Below are positions 11,248 through 21,187 of a stretch of 64,000 nucleotides of DNA, one piece after another; the stretch's first letter is position 1, and each line of letters opens with the position of its first letter. Source of the DNA: Bdellovibrionales bacterium (GTDB lineage Bacteria > Bdellovibrionota > Bdellovibrionia > Bdellovibrionales > JAUICD01); the NCBI GenBank assembly GCA_965203275.1, contig OZ241865.1, positions 1,568,001 through 1,632,000 of the forward strand. The letters run 5' to 3'. Under the pieces are notes generated by a model, which saw only the letters and a list, made by a program, of their open reading frames with translations, searched no databases and had not been told where the DNA came from. The translations under genes were made by a program, and so were the position numbers.

Positions 11248-11389
11248 TTTTCCCTAACATCGTGTTAAAAGAAGAAAGGATCCTTCCTACTAAAAGTGGT
11301 CAGGCTTTCTAGGTTGCCAGCATTTAAGAAGGCGGTAGCCTTCGGCTGGCAACCAGAAAGTGACCAGAGGTCAGACCACTTTTAGTGAA
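11248..11389 (+). repeat. Complete structured element copy
   Basis: P1 ACTAAAAGTGGTC/GACCACTTTTAGT, P2 GGTTGCCAGC/GCTGGCAACC, apical GAAGGC-GGTA-GCCTTC, P3 TGACC-AGA-GGTCA. Confidence 0.9.
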
Positions 11390-11406
11390 CCAATAAACCA
11401 ATGAAC

Positions 11407-11979
11407 CTAACGCCTGTCTCTTCTTCCATAATTTCCATAAGAAGTTCTATCTCGATGATAACCCCTTCTTTCATTAAAGGGAATAATTTTGATCTTCTTA
11501 TAATAATCGTATCCAATAGATTTTGTTTTAACTCTATTATCCTCTGCTAAATGCTTGTGAATCATTCGTCTATGGCTAGGCGATAAAGGCTTACAATAAA
11601 CACTTTTTTGGTTTTTTAAAGCCATTTTCTTAAGCTGGTCTGCCATATCTAAAAGATCTTGATCAAATTCTTCACGTAATCCATCAGAATCAAAGTAAAC
11701 ATCTATACCTTTCCCTGGAAAGTTATGCTGAAGAACTTTTTTAATAAAAGTTTGAAAGGCATCTAATAACTGCCCACCTCGTTTTTTCAATAAATAAGCA
11801 TCTTCTCCGTAAAGCTCTACAGAGATATTGTTTTTATCCTGTTGAAGATCGTAATCAAAATTAAACTGAGCTTTTCGACAAACACTATCTAAAACGTCTG
11901 CAACCATATCAATTAACTCAGATGAGGCTGCTGTCTTTTTTGAAAAAACACCTGAAAATAAATTTGAAAATACACTCAC
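11407..11979 (-). CDS. jag: Jag/EloR/KhpB RNA-binding protein (KH + R3H)
   Basis: LYGEDAYLLKKRGGQLLDAFQ (KH), PLSPSHRRMIHKHL (R3H); lies downstream of yidC. Confidence 0.9.
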   Translation of the reverse strand: MSVFSNLFSGVFSKKTAASSELIDMVADVLDSVCRKAQFNFDYDLQQDKNNISVELYGEDAYLLKKRGGQLLDAFQTFIKKVLQHNFPGKGIDVYFDSDGLREEFDQDLLDMADQLKKMALKNQKSVYCKPLSPSHRRMIHKHLAEDNRVKTKSIGYDYYKKIKIIPFNERRGYHRDRTSYGNYGRRDRR

Positions 11980-11982
11980 TTA

Positions 11983-13623
11983 TTAGTCCCTCCTTTTCGC
12001 ATTTTGGGTTTTGATAAGAGATAAAGAGGTTTTTTTATCCCCTTTGGTTAAAAAAAACTGTTGCACAATGCTAAATAAACTTCCAACAAAAATATAAAGT
12101 GCAAGTCCACTTGGATAAATAACCATAAACAAAGAAAAAACAACAGTGATCACTAGCATTATTTTCCTCGTCTGAGGATCAGGCGTCGCTGGAGAGATTT
12201 TCTGATGTACAATCATAGAAATAGCCATCAATACAGGCAAGACAAAATAAGGATCAGGTTCACTTAAATCCTTAATCCAAAGATAAAATGGAGCTTGATA
12301 AAACTCTATAGCATTGCCTAACACCTTAAAAAGTGCAATAAATATGGGAAATTGTAAAAGTATAGGCAAACACCCACCTAAGGGATTAGCTCCGCTACCT
12401 TGCATAAGTGCCATTGTCTCTTTATTAAGAGTTACTTTATCGTCTTTGTATTTTTCTTTCAAAGCTTTAAGCTGTGGTTGTAAATCCTGAAGTTTTTTCA
12501 TGGATCGATAAGATATAATATTAAACGGAAGTAAAATCAACTTAACAATCAGTGTCATTAAAATAATAGCCACACCCCAATTACCTACAAGATGATATAA
12601 TATCTTAACTAAATCCATAATAGGATAGGCAATCCAGTCAAAAAAACCATAATCCATAACATCTCTTAATCGTCTATCTGTTGTTAAAAGGACCTCTTCT
12701 TGTTTTGGGCCTATGAAAAGATTTTGTTTGATATTGATCTGATGGCTACCCTGAGGAAATATATAAGAAATACGACCAGAAACAACCTTTTTAAATCCAT
12801 CATAAATAATCTGTGCAGTTGGAAAAACATCAGAATCATCTATAAAAGTCCTTGCAAAATAATGCGTATCTATGCTCAATAAACCTACTTGCTCAAAAAA
12901 CTCCCTGAAAGAAGACTCCTCTAAAAAATAATCTCTCTGGCTATCTGTAGAATAAGTCACATAATAGCTATTGGTGTCATAGGTAGGAAGAAAAGGAATA
13001 TAGCTTTCTGTAATAGAAATTTCTTCTTCAAAAACACTTTCAATGCCTTGTATCAAAGATAAATGACCAGTGATTTCTATTTCAGAAGAAATGAAATATT
13101 TTTCTTGATCTACAGACAAAGTTTTTTTGATGATCACTTCACCTGTATGATCACTTATTTGTGCCTGGCCTGAAAATTTATTTTCAGATTCTTGTCTATA
13201 AACCTCAAAAATAAGAGGGTCTGGATGACCAATAATTTTTACGGCAGAAAAAGGCAATAGAGAATTAAAAGAAACTATTTTATCTTCTCTGTCTTTATAT
13301 TTATTGATCAAAATATTTTTAAGCCCAAAGCCCCTATTGGATATATCAAATGAAAGATATTGTCCTTTCACATTAACTAAAGACTCTTGAATATCTGACT
13401 CTGATTGTATAGGTGGTAAGTGACCCTTTGTATCAAGCTTCTGGGCTTTAACTTCTTGTTGCGGTTTTGTTTGTTCTTCTTGTGTTTGATTATAGTAATC
13501 AGGATATTTATTCACTAAGTAATTTTGCCATAAAATAAGACAAGCAAAACAAAGAACTATCACTAAAATCATTTTTGGATCTAAAAAAGACGTATTTGAA
13601 GTATTTTGCTGGTCTAACTTCAT
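11983..13623 (-). CDS. yidC: Membrane protein insertase YidC
   Basis: DYGFFDWIA, GNWGVAIILMT, NPLGGCLPILLQFPIF, WIKDLSEPDPYFVLP. Confidence 0.97.
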   Translation of the reverse strand: MKLDQQNTSNTSFLDPKMILVIVLCFACLILWQNYLVNKYPDYYNQTQEEQTKPQQEVKAQKLDTKGHLPPIQSESDIQESLVNVKGQYLSFDISNRGFGLKNILINKYKDREDKIVSFNSLLPFSAVKIIGHPDPLIFEVYRQESENKFSGQAQISDHTGEVIIKKTLSVDQEKYFISSEIEITGHLSLIQGIESVFEEEISITESYIPFLPTYDTNSYYVTYSTDSQRDYFLEESSFREFFEQVGLLSIDTHYFARTFIDDSDVFPTAQIIYDGFKKVVSGRISYIFPQGSHQINIKQNLFIGPKQEEVLLTTDRRLRDVMDYGFFDWIAYPIMDLVKILYHLVGNWGVAIILMTLIVKLILLPFNIISYRSMKKLQDLQPQLKALKEKYKDDKVTLNKETMALMQGSGANPLGGCLPILLQFPIFIALFKVLGNAIEFYQAPFYLWIKDLSEPDPYFVLPVLMAISMIVHQKISPATPDPQTRKIMLVITVVFSLFMVIYPSGLALYIFVGSLFSIVQQFFLTKGDKKTSLSLIKTQNAKRRD

Positions 13624-14006
13624 TTTATCTCCTTAGATTCACGCTTATTTAAAGGATACAGGTCATAACCAAAAGAACCCAACGGATGGCATCTTAAAAT
13701 CCTTTTAAGGGAGTGAAATAAAGCTCTTAAAAAAGAATCTGTTTTAAATCCTTCAAGAGCATAATCTGAACAAGAGGGGATGTAACGACAACAACCCCCC
13801 ATCCAAGGAGAGAAAAAAACCTTATAAAAAGCAATCAAACCAATAGCTAAGTAGCTACAAGTTACTTCAAAATTTTTATAAAAGCTCTTATTGTTTTGTT
13901 TTGTGTGAAAGTATTGGCCCTTTTTACTACTCTGGTTTCTTAGCACTACTTCTGATCTTAACAATAATTGCTTGAATGCCTTTTTCAAAAACTTCAGTAA
14001 ATTCAT
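13620..14006 (-). CDS. yidD: Membrane protein insertion efficiency factor YidD (true start may lie further downstream)
   Basis: CRYIPSCSDYA...RILRCHPLGSFGYD; located between rnpA and yidC. Confidence 0.9.
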   Translation of the reverse strand: MNLLKFLKKAFKQLLLRSEVVLRNQSSKKGQYFHTKQNNKSFYKNFEVTCSYLAIGLIAFYKVFFSPWMGGCCRYIPSCSDYALEGFKTDSFLRALFHSLKRILRCHPLGSFGYDLYPLNKRESKEIK

Positions 14007-14298
14007 TATATTTTAGATTCCTGTAAAAGCGATCTTTCCTCGGTTTAAGGATTATGTTTATATCCACATAAAGCTGATTTTTAAAATTCTGCCGTAAATA
14101 AAACTTACCCCATCTTTTGATTTTATTTCTTATGACGCTAGATGCCACCTTTCTGGAAACTGTCCAACCTAATCGCACTTCCTTCTGGTTATTTTTAATA
14201 GCATCTAAACACATCCAAGCACTTGGATAAACCCTAATACCCTCTTTTTTTAACTTTTTAAAATCATTACTTAGAGATAACCTACTTATTTTATTCAA
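13927..14298 (-). CDS. rnpA: Ribonuclease P protein component
   Basis: RLGWTVSRKVASSVIRNKIKR; conserved synteny. Confidence 0.93.
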   Translation of the reverse strand: MNKISRLSLSNDFKKLKKEGIRVYPSAWMCLDAIKNNQKEVRLGWTVSRKVASSVIRNKIKRWGKFYLRQNFKNQLYVDINIILKPRKDRFYRNLKYNEFTEVFEKGIQAIIVKIRSSAKKPE

Positions 14299-14321
14299 AT
14301 GATCATCATCTCCTGGTGACC

Positions 14322-14471
14322 TTATTTACCACCTACAGATACAGATAATTGATGCCTTTGCTTAAGTCTTCTGCGAGAAAGGATTTTTCTTCCTCCTGAT
14401 GTAGACATTCTCTCTCTAAATCCATGTACATTTTTTCTATGTCGACGGCTTGGTTGATATGTTCTTTTCAT
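14322..14471 (-). CDS. rpmH: 50S ribosomal protein L34
   Basis: Manual translation [49 protein letters not shown] (below the ORF-track size cutoff). Confidence 0.97.
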   Translation of the reverse strand: MKRTYQPSRRHRKNVHGFRERMSTSGGRKILSRRRLKQRHQLSVSVGGK

Positions 14472-14708
14472 AATAGTACCCCTTAACATCCTCTATCTTT
14501 AACAAATGCAACAAAAAAGTCAAGAGGCCTCTTATTTTCTTTTAGTTATCAATTAAAATATTTATAGATGACCTATCGTGTCAAACCTTTTTATTTTCCA
14601 AAAAATTAAATAACTTAGAGTTTTCATATTTTATTATCTATCAATATTGAAAACTTTACCGATTAACTTAATTTTAAAACTAGATACACAAACCATAGGG
14701 AGGGGCAT

Positions 14709-16106
14709 TTGAATCAAGAAATCTGGAACCAAGTAAAAAGTCAGTTGCATTCAAAACATTCTAATAATCCCACTTTTCATGCACTATTAGAATCTCTGCA
14801 TCCAATTGATAATCATTCTGATGGATCACAAGAACAAATCGCATTTAGTGTTCCGACAAAATATCATAAAAATCTTATTCAAGATCAAGTTATAGATCAG
14901 GTCAGGACAGAGTTATCAAAATTCTATAGCCCTACTTGTCAGTTGAAACTACAAGTTAAAAACCTTAAGAAACAACAAGTACCTTCTAAACAGCTACGTT
15001 TTGATCAAATTGGATTTTACATAAACTATAATAAAGATAATAAAAAAACAAACCCTTCCAGAGATGAAAGCAAGCAACCTTTAAGATCTGATTTTACTTT
15101 CAATACATTCGTGGTGGGACCTAATAATGAGTTTGCACATGCTGCTTCCTTTCAAGTTTCAGAAAATCCGGGTGATTTTAAAAATAACCCCCTTTTTATT
15201 TTTGGACCAACAGGCCTTGGGAAAACACATCTTTTAAACGCTATTGGTAATCATATCAAGAAAAAACAACCTGCTATTAAGGTCATTTACATATCTGCTG
15301 AAAGATTTTTAAAAGAATGTGTTTTAGCATTGCGTTATAAAAAAATGGACAATTTTCAGAAAAAATATCGTGAAAATGCTGATTTACTCCTTGTGGATGA
15401 TATTCATATTTTAGGTCGAGGAAATGTAGCTCAAGAGGAGTTTTTCCATGTATTAAACTCTTTATTTGAACTTAAAAAACAGGTTGTGGTTGCATGCGAT
15501 CGTATGCCAAAGGATCTTAATGGCTTAGAAGATCGTATACAAACACGCTTAGAAGGGGGATTGATCGCAGATATTGCTATGCCTGATTTAGAAACAAGAA
15601 TGGCTATTTTAAGATATAAAGCAGAATCTATGTCCTTGAATATATCCTCTGAAATTATTCAATATTTAGCTAGTATATCTAGAAGGTCTATTCGTGAATT
15701 AGAAGGCAATTTAAATAAAGTACGTATGTTCTCTCAGCTACAAGGTGTTAATATTTCTAAAGATTTAGTTAAACGTGTTTTAAACAATCATCAAACATCT
15801 TCAAACACTTTATCTATAGAAACTATTCAAAAATTAATTAGTGATGCCTTTAATATTAAAGTAAATGCATTAAAATCTAAAAGTAGACAAAAAAATATAG
15901 TCATTGCAAGGCAAATGGGTATGAAATTTGTACAAAAATATTTAAGTAAGACATTAAAAGAAATTGGTGTAGCTTTTGGTGGAAAAGACCACACCACTGT
16001 TCTAAGTGGTATTAAAAAAATAGAAAGTCACTTAATAAAAAATAAAGAAATAAATAATATTTTCAATGAGATAGATGATCGTATCCACAAATTAACCACA
16101 ATATAA
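14709..16106 (+). CDS. dnaA: Chromosomal replication initiator DnaA
   Basis: FTFNTFVVGPNN, NPLFIFGPTGLGKTHLL, LLVDDI, FGGKDHTTVL; TTG start after GGAGG. Confidence 0.98.
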   Translation: MNQEIWNQVKSQLHSKHSNNPTFHALLESLHPIDNHSDGSQEQIAFSVPTKYHKNLIQDQVIDQVRTELSKFYSPTCQLKLQVKNLKKQQVPSKQLRFDQIGFYINYNKDNKKTNPSRDESKQPLRSDFTFNTFVVGPNNEFAHAASFQVSENPGDFKNNPLFIFGPTGLGKTHLLNAIGNHIKKKQPAIKVIYISAERFLKECVLALRYKKMDNFQKKYRENADLLLVDDIHILGRGNVAQEEFFHVLNSLFELKKQVVVACDRMPKDLNGLEDRIQTRLEGGLIADIAMPDLETRMAILRYKAESMSLNISSEIIQYLASISRRSIRELEGNLNKVRMFSQLQGVNISKDLVKRVLNNHQTSSNTLSIETIQKLISDAFNIKVNALKSKSRQKNIVIARQMGMKFVQKYLSKTLKEIGVAFGGKDHTTVLSGIKKIESHLIKNKEINNIFNEIDDRIHKLTTI

Positions 16107-16315
16107 ATAAATATTAAAACTTGACAACAATATGCTGTGTGATTAAAAAGTGGATTTTGTAAAATGTGGATAAAATAGGATTAGTTTTTAAGTTATAAAT
16201 ATATAAATTAATATAATAATATTAATAATTACAATATTTTAATTAACTTTTACACAAAATAACATGTACCTATTATTATTACTATATATTTATATATACT
16301 TTTATATTTTATAGG
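16081..16315. other. Probable oriC
   Basis: Perfect DnaA box TGTGGATAA at 16165-16173, near-box GTATCCACA at 16081-16089, very AT-rich stretch 16190-16310 with TATTATTATTAC trinucleotide run, between dnaA and dnaN. Confidence 0.75.
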
Positions 16316-16324
16316 AGGTTTGTT

Positions 16325-17572
16325 TTGAGAGTTAATGTTCAAAAAGATGCTTTAATTGAGCTTATAGGTAAGACACAAAATATTGCAGTTAAAAAAACAA
16401 ATATGAAAGTTTTAAGTCATATACTTTTAGAATGCGAGGACGATTATTTAAAGGTTTATGCTACAGATATGGAAGTTAGCCTTACAGATCAGATTAAAGT
16501 AGAAGTTATTGAAAATGGTAAAGTTGTCATTGACACAAAGAAATTTTATCAAATTATTAAAGAACTCAATGATGGACTTATATCGCTTTCTAAAAACAAT
16601 GAAAATGAATGTTTAGAGATTTCTCAAGGTAAAAGCTGTATGAATATAATGAGTGCAAATGTGATGGAGTATCCTACTTTTCCTGTTACTTATACAAATA
16701 ATACTTTTTATGTTCAATCTTGTATTTTAAAAGAGATGATTGAGAAAATAACTCACAGTGTACATATAAGTGAATTACAAAACCCAGCTAACGAAGGTTA
16801 TAGAGGAGTCTATTTTGAGCAATTAGAGGAAGAAAAGGGCATGGTCTATAAATTAGTTTCTACTGATGGACATAGGTTAAGCCTTATTACAAGACTGGTT
16901 TCAAATGCCAAAGTCAATGATCAGAATAAAGAATCATTTCAGAAAATACTAGAGCAAAAAGCTAAAATATTTAAGAAAGAACGTCAATCCAATGCAAGTA
17001 GTGCAAGTGAAGATGACCCCTTAAAAGATGAGCAACAAAATGGGATTGTTATTCCTCGTAAAGGTTTAGCTGAAATAAAAACACTTTTAGATAAAAGTAG
17101 CGAGGATTTAATAGAAATAACCATAGAAGGTGTACAGTTAATTGTCAAACAAAAAAATACCTTGCTCTTTATTCGATTAATTGAGGCTCGGTTTCCCAAT
17201 TATAAAATGTTTATTCCTAAAAAAATTTCTAAACAATTTCAAATATCAAAAAATCAACTGGTTTCCTGTTTAAGACGTGCTGCTATTTTAACAACTGAAA
17301 AATCAAAAAGTGTAACTCTATTTTTAACGCGTAATAAACTTTCTATTAGCCTACAAAGTCCTGATTTAGGGGATATTCAAGAGGATTTAGATATTGATTA
17401 TAGTGGTGAAGATTTAATGATTGAGTTTAATGTAGGATATTTATTAGATATTTTAACTTCATTTGAAGATGAAAGTGTAGATATAGGATTTAATACTCCT
17501 GGAAGTAGTGGAGTTTTTCGTCCTTCATCTGATAGTAATTATACTTGTATTGTTATGCCTATGAGAAAATAG
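16325..17572 (+). CDS. dnaN: DNA polymerase III beta clamp
   Basis: ATDMEVSL, STDGHRLS, IVIPRKGL, RLIEARFPNY, C-terminal IVMPMR; carries an extra ~40-aa charged segment. Confidence 0.96.
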   Translation: MRVNVQKDALIELIGKTQNIAVKKTNMKVLSHILLECEDDYLKVYATDMEVSLTDQIKVEVIENGKVVIDTKKFYQIIKELNDGLISLSKNNENECLEISQGKSCMNIMSANVMEYPTFPVTYTNNTFYVQSCILKEMIEKITHSVHISELQNPANEGYRGVYFEQLEEEKGMVYKLVSTDGHRLSLITRLVSNAKVNDQNKESFQKILEQKAKIFKKERQSNASSASEDDPLKDEQQNGIVIPRKGLAEIKTLLDKSSEDLIEITIEGVQLIVKQKNTLLFIRLIEARFPNYKMFIPKKISKQFQISKNQLVSCLRRAAILTTEKSKSVTLFLTRNKLSISLQSPDLGDIQEDLDIDYSGEDLMIEFNVGYLLDILTSFEDESVDIGFNTPGSSGVFRPSSDSNYTCIVMPMRK

Positions 17573-17681
17573 TTTTAACTTCGAAGGTCACGAGAGAAAA
17601 AGTATAAAAATAACTCAATGAATAATAGAAAAGTTTTATAGATTATGTTTCAAAATCGACAAAGGACTATAATGTTTAAGA

Positions 17682-18803
17682 ATGAAACTTAAACAAATAT
17701 CTATTTTAGGATTTAGAAATATTCATCAAGCTTGTCTATCTTTTGGTGATCATGCCATTATTTATTTAATCGGGCAGAATGGGCAAGGCAAAACAAATCT
17801 TTTAGAAAGTATTTATGTTTTATTGACAGGTCATTCTTTTCGCTCTTCTCAAATAGAACATTTAAAGCAAAAAAATAATCCTTATTTGTCAATTAAAGGC
17901 GTTGTTTCTAACAAGCAAATCAATCACTCATTAGAATTTCAAATGAATACTTTTAAGTTAATGAAATTAAATGGCAAAAAAAGTTATCCAAATGCATTAA
18001 ATAAGATGTTCCCAGTTGTTATTTTAAGTCCAGAGAGTATTTTTGTTATTAAAGAAGGTCCTGATGTGAGAAGGAAGTTTTTAGATCAAGTTATGTTGTT
18101 TTTAAATCCACAAAATTTTGATATTTTGCTTAAATTTACTAAAGTACTTAAAACAAAAAATAAAATCTTAAAAAACATCAAAGAAGAAATAATTTCTTAT
18201 AAAGAAGGCATAAGATTATTAGATAGTTTAGAGGCTTCCTTTTTAGAGGTGTCTTTTCTTTTGACTAAGATGCGATTTCAAACTATTAAAACATTAATTC
18301 CTTTGGTTAAATCTACACTAAATAATATTCTTCAAACTGATCATACGGATATTTACATAGAATATATAATGAATGGTAGAGTATTAAAAGAATCTGATAA
18401 TATAAAGGATATTTTAAGCCAAAGAATGAAAGAACTTAGGGATATTGAAATAAAAGTTGCCAGTTGTTTGGTAGGGCCTCACAGGCATGATATAAACTTT
18501 ATTTATAATGGGCAGAATGCCCGGTTTTATTGCTCACAAGGGCAACAAAAAGCTCTTGCACTAGCTTTTAAGATCAGCCAAGTCTTATATTATCATTCTT
18601 GCAAAGGTTCGTGGCCTTTATTTCTTTTAGATGATGTTTTTTCAGAATTAGATAAAGAAAAAAGTATGTATTTATTAGATTTTTTAAAAAGTCATAAAAT
18701 GCAAACATTTATCACAAGCACAGAGCTTCTCAAAGAATTTTATGATCTAGATATTCAGCTGTATTCTGTAAAAAATGGCTGTTTCACACTTGAAAACCCA
18801 TAA
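17682..18803 (+). CDS. recF: DNA replication and repair protein RecF
   Basis: GQNGQGKTNLLE, GPHRHD, SQGQQK, LLDDVFSELD. Confidence 0.96.
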   Translation: MKLKQISILGFRNIHQACLSFGDHAIIYLIGQNGQGKTNLLESIYVLLTGHSFRSSQIEHLKQKNNPYLSIKGVVSNKQINHSLEFQMNTFKLMKLNGKKSYPNALNKMFPVVILSPESIFVIKEGPDVRRKFLDQVMLFLNPQNFDILLKFTKVLKTKNKILKNIKEEIISYKEGIRLLDSLEASFLEVSFLLTKMRFQTIKTLIPLVKSTLNNILQTDHTDIYIEYIMNGRVLKESDNIKDILSQRMKELRDIEIKVASCLVGPHRHDINFIYNGQNARFYCSQGQQKALALAFKISQVLYYHSCKGSWPLFLLDDVFSELDKEKSMYLLDFLKSHKMQTFITSTELLKEFYDLDIQLYSVKNGCFTLENP

Positions 18804-18868
18804 GATAAAATGCAAAAAATTATCGCAACTGATGATAAACATAAAGATTGAAATATGGACAATAATAT

Positions 18869-19350
18869 TTAATCTAAGTTATTTAGTTTTTTCTGTATTT
18901 CTCGTATTTTGTTCTCTGTGGACTCTGTGATTTTTGCAATGGTTGAAATATCCATGTTATTTTTAAGCATTTTTAAGATGATGCTTTGTTCTCCTTCCTG
19001 TCGCCCTTTTTGCAAGCCTTTTTGTTCTCCTTCCTGTCGTCCTTCTTGCCTACCTTCTTCTCGGCCAATCTGAATGCCTTTTTTCATAGTTCCTTCTATG
19101 GTAAAATCAAATGCTTCCATAATATCTTCTCCTCCTAATTGTTGAGTCACCTCTTTTGAAGCTGATTGAACAACTTCTTTGTTTAACTGATTATTGTACT
19201 GATAAAAATAAGTCATCGCTTTAGTGATGAGTTCTATTATATACTCTTTATCGGTACTTTGCGACACTTTTTTCACAAATGAAAAGAATTTTATGAAAAA
19301 ATCATGCTGTTCCTTTGTGCTTTTTCTACTATCTAAAGACCAAATACCCT
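18869..19350 (-). pseudogene. C-terminal fragment of an Rpn-family gene; RpnS-like ORF at 18869-19120
   Basis: (GRQE)n repeats and EQSIILKMLKNNMDISTIAKITE nearly identical to 9600-9780; GGAGGAGAAGATATT-ATG at 19120; cut off upstream by the element at 19361. Confidence 0.8.
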
Positions 19351-19360
19351 GAAATTATGG

Positions 19361-19727
19361 TTCACTAAAAGTGGTCTAGCCTCTGGCTACTTTCTGGTTG
19401 CCAGCCGAAGGCTACCGCCTTCTCAAATGCTGGCAACCTAGAAAGCCTGACCACTTTTAGTAGGGAGGATCCTTTCCTCTTTTAACATCATGTTAAGGAA
19501 AAAGATTTCCTTCTGACGTTTGCTCTGACAGCTGTCGTTGTCCAAAAAGAGCAATGCCTCAAAAGTCCGTTTACTTTTAGTAAAGAGAATATCTTCGTTT
19601 TTTAACACGATGTTAAGGAAACAAGATTTCCTTTTGTTGCCGTATGCCAGTCTGCCGGATCCCGGATAAATTTCATGTTAAGGAAAAAGTTCAGTTTTAG
19701 TACCTGATGCCGGGTTGCCAGATCCCT
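19361..19727 (-). repeat. Cluster: complete structured element (19361-19502), partial copy (~19520-19622), GC-rich family pieces
   Basis: Reverse complement of the 11248-11389 type copy; 19520-19620 nearly equals the reverse complement of 9145-9245. Confidence 0.9.
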
Positions 19728-20362
19728 TTATTCTGAAAATTGGTATACTCCTTTAAATCCATATTACCAGAGTTCTTTAAAAGATAACACCAATCTGCCT
19801 TTTTGTCAAATAATTCATGCAAACTTGACTGAAACTTGCCTAATTCTACAATGACAAAACACAATCCACGAGACATAATCACTTCTGGTGGTTTTGTCCG
19901 ACGGATATTGCAGATATGATAGTAATCCTTTATCCCTGCAAATTCTTTTAAATTAGCTGTTGTAAAAACAAGTGAATACACAGGAAGTAATTTATTAAAA
20001 TCTTCGCCTTTCTTTATCTGACCAGAATAAGCCCTAGAAGCATAAACTAATATCCGATCTGTAAAAAACTTTTGACTTGTCGTCTGAATTTCTACATGGA
20101 CAATCTCTGTATTTTGAAGAACGCCTCTGATCCGTCTTCTTAATTTTACACGCAAATCTAAAGTAAAGGATTTGTATTCGTCTGGAACCTTATCGGGAAG
20201 AAGCTCTGTGTTTAATAATGAAACACCCTCTATCACAGAACCCTTAGGCAAAGGCACAAAATTCTCTACCAGTGAAATTAAAAGGTCTTCTCTCTTTTCA
20301 AAAAAAGCTTTGAAAATAGCATCTATTGTTAATTGTAATAAAATTCTCTCTGCTTGAGTCAT
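19697..20362 (-). pseudogene. Rpn family (PDDEXK_2-type) nuclease/putative transposase, 3'-truncated
   Basis: LTIDAIFKAFF, LDLRVK, HVEIQ, DRILVYASRAYSGQIKKGEDF, VELGKF, DWCYLLK. The frame ends inside the GC-rich repeat (GIWQPGIRY). Confidence 0.85.
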
Positions 20363-20480
20363 AACTTTGAACCTCCTTTGAACATCCCTTTATATCTTTA
20401 AACATAATACTTAATAATAACTTAATTTCTAATCATCTGTCTAATGAAACATTATATTATAACTTAGTCAAAAAACCAAC

Positions 20481-20516
20481 CAAAAAGTGGCCAGAGGCCA
20501 GTTTATTTTGAGTGAA
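20481..20516 (+). repeat. 3' end fragment of the structured element
   Basis: CAAAAAG-TGGCC-AGA-GGCCA-GTTTATTTTGAGTGAA. Confidence 0.85.
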
Positions 20517-20532
20517 AATCTAAAGCCAAAAA

Positions 20533-21174
20533 TTATTTTATAGCAATATGTTGAAAATGAGGCAATAACATATTTTGTGTGGATTTTTTAATATAAGAGA
20601 TAACAGTAGGGTCTAAATTAAACTGCTCATGTTCTAAAATAGAGTGAGCTAAAGGTATTCTCATACAAGAGCTTTCTTTTAAAAACCCTTGTATTTTTAG
20701 TAATCTTAATTCAAAAATAACTTGAAGATTACTTAGATTTTGAGAGGTTTCTAAACTCCTCAATGAGTTACCTAAAAGATGGAAAACTTGAGAGTTATCA
20801 CACAAACCTTCATGGCAAAAATGATATACCAAATGAATCATATAAAGACCTAGTTGCAATCTATTATAATCTTTGCGAATTTTATGAAAATCATTTTGAA
20901 GAGATGCCTCTTTAAGAAAATAGAACGTATGACTTTGCATAGATAGGTTTTGTTTTGATAAGCTTTTTCCTCGGAAACTTCTTGAAGTGTTGTTGTAAGT
21001 AGCTTCAATATAATGAGTCGATTCTAAAACACCTCCTCCAAAGCGTTTTTTACTTTTAAGAGCAGCCTTTGCAAATAAAGGTACTTTAGCTCCCATAGAG
21101 TTTAAGCCAAAAACAAGCAAATCAGCCTCACCATACTTGACTACCTTGAGAATAAATAAACGCTCTGTTTTCAA
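20533..21174 (-). CDS. recO: DNA repair protein RecO
   Basis: LKVVKYGEADLLV, AKAALKSKKRFGGGVLE, FELRLLKIQGF. Confidence 0.9.
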   Translation of the reverse strand: MKTERLFILKVVKYGEADLLVFGLNSMGAKVPLFAKAALKSKKRFGGGVLESTHYIEATYNNTSRSFRGKSLSKQNLSMQSHTFYFLKEASLQNDFHKIRKDYNRLQLGLYMIHLVYHFCHEGLCDNSQVFHLLGNSLRSLETSQNLSNLQVIFELRLLKIQGFLKESSCMRIPLAHSILEHEQFNLDPTVISYIKKSTQNMLLPHFQHIAIK

Positions 21175-21187
21175 AATACTTTCTCCA

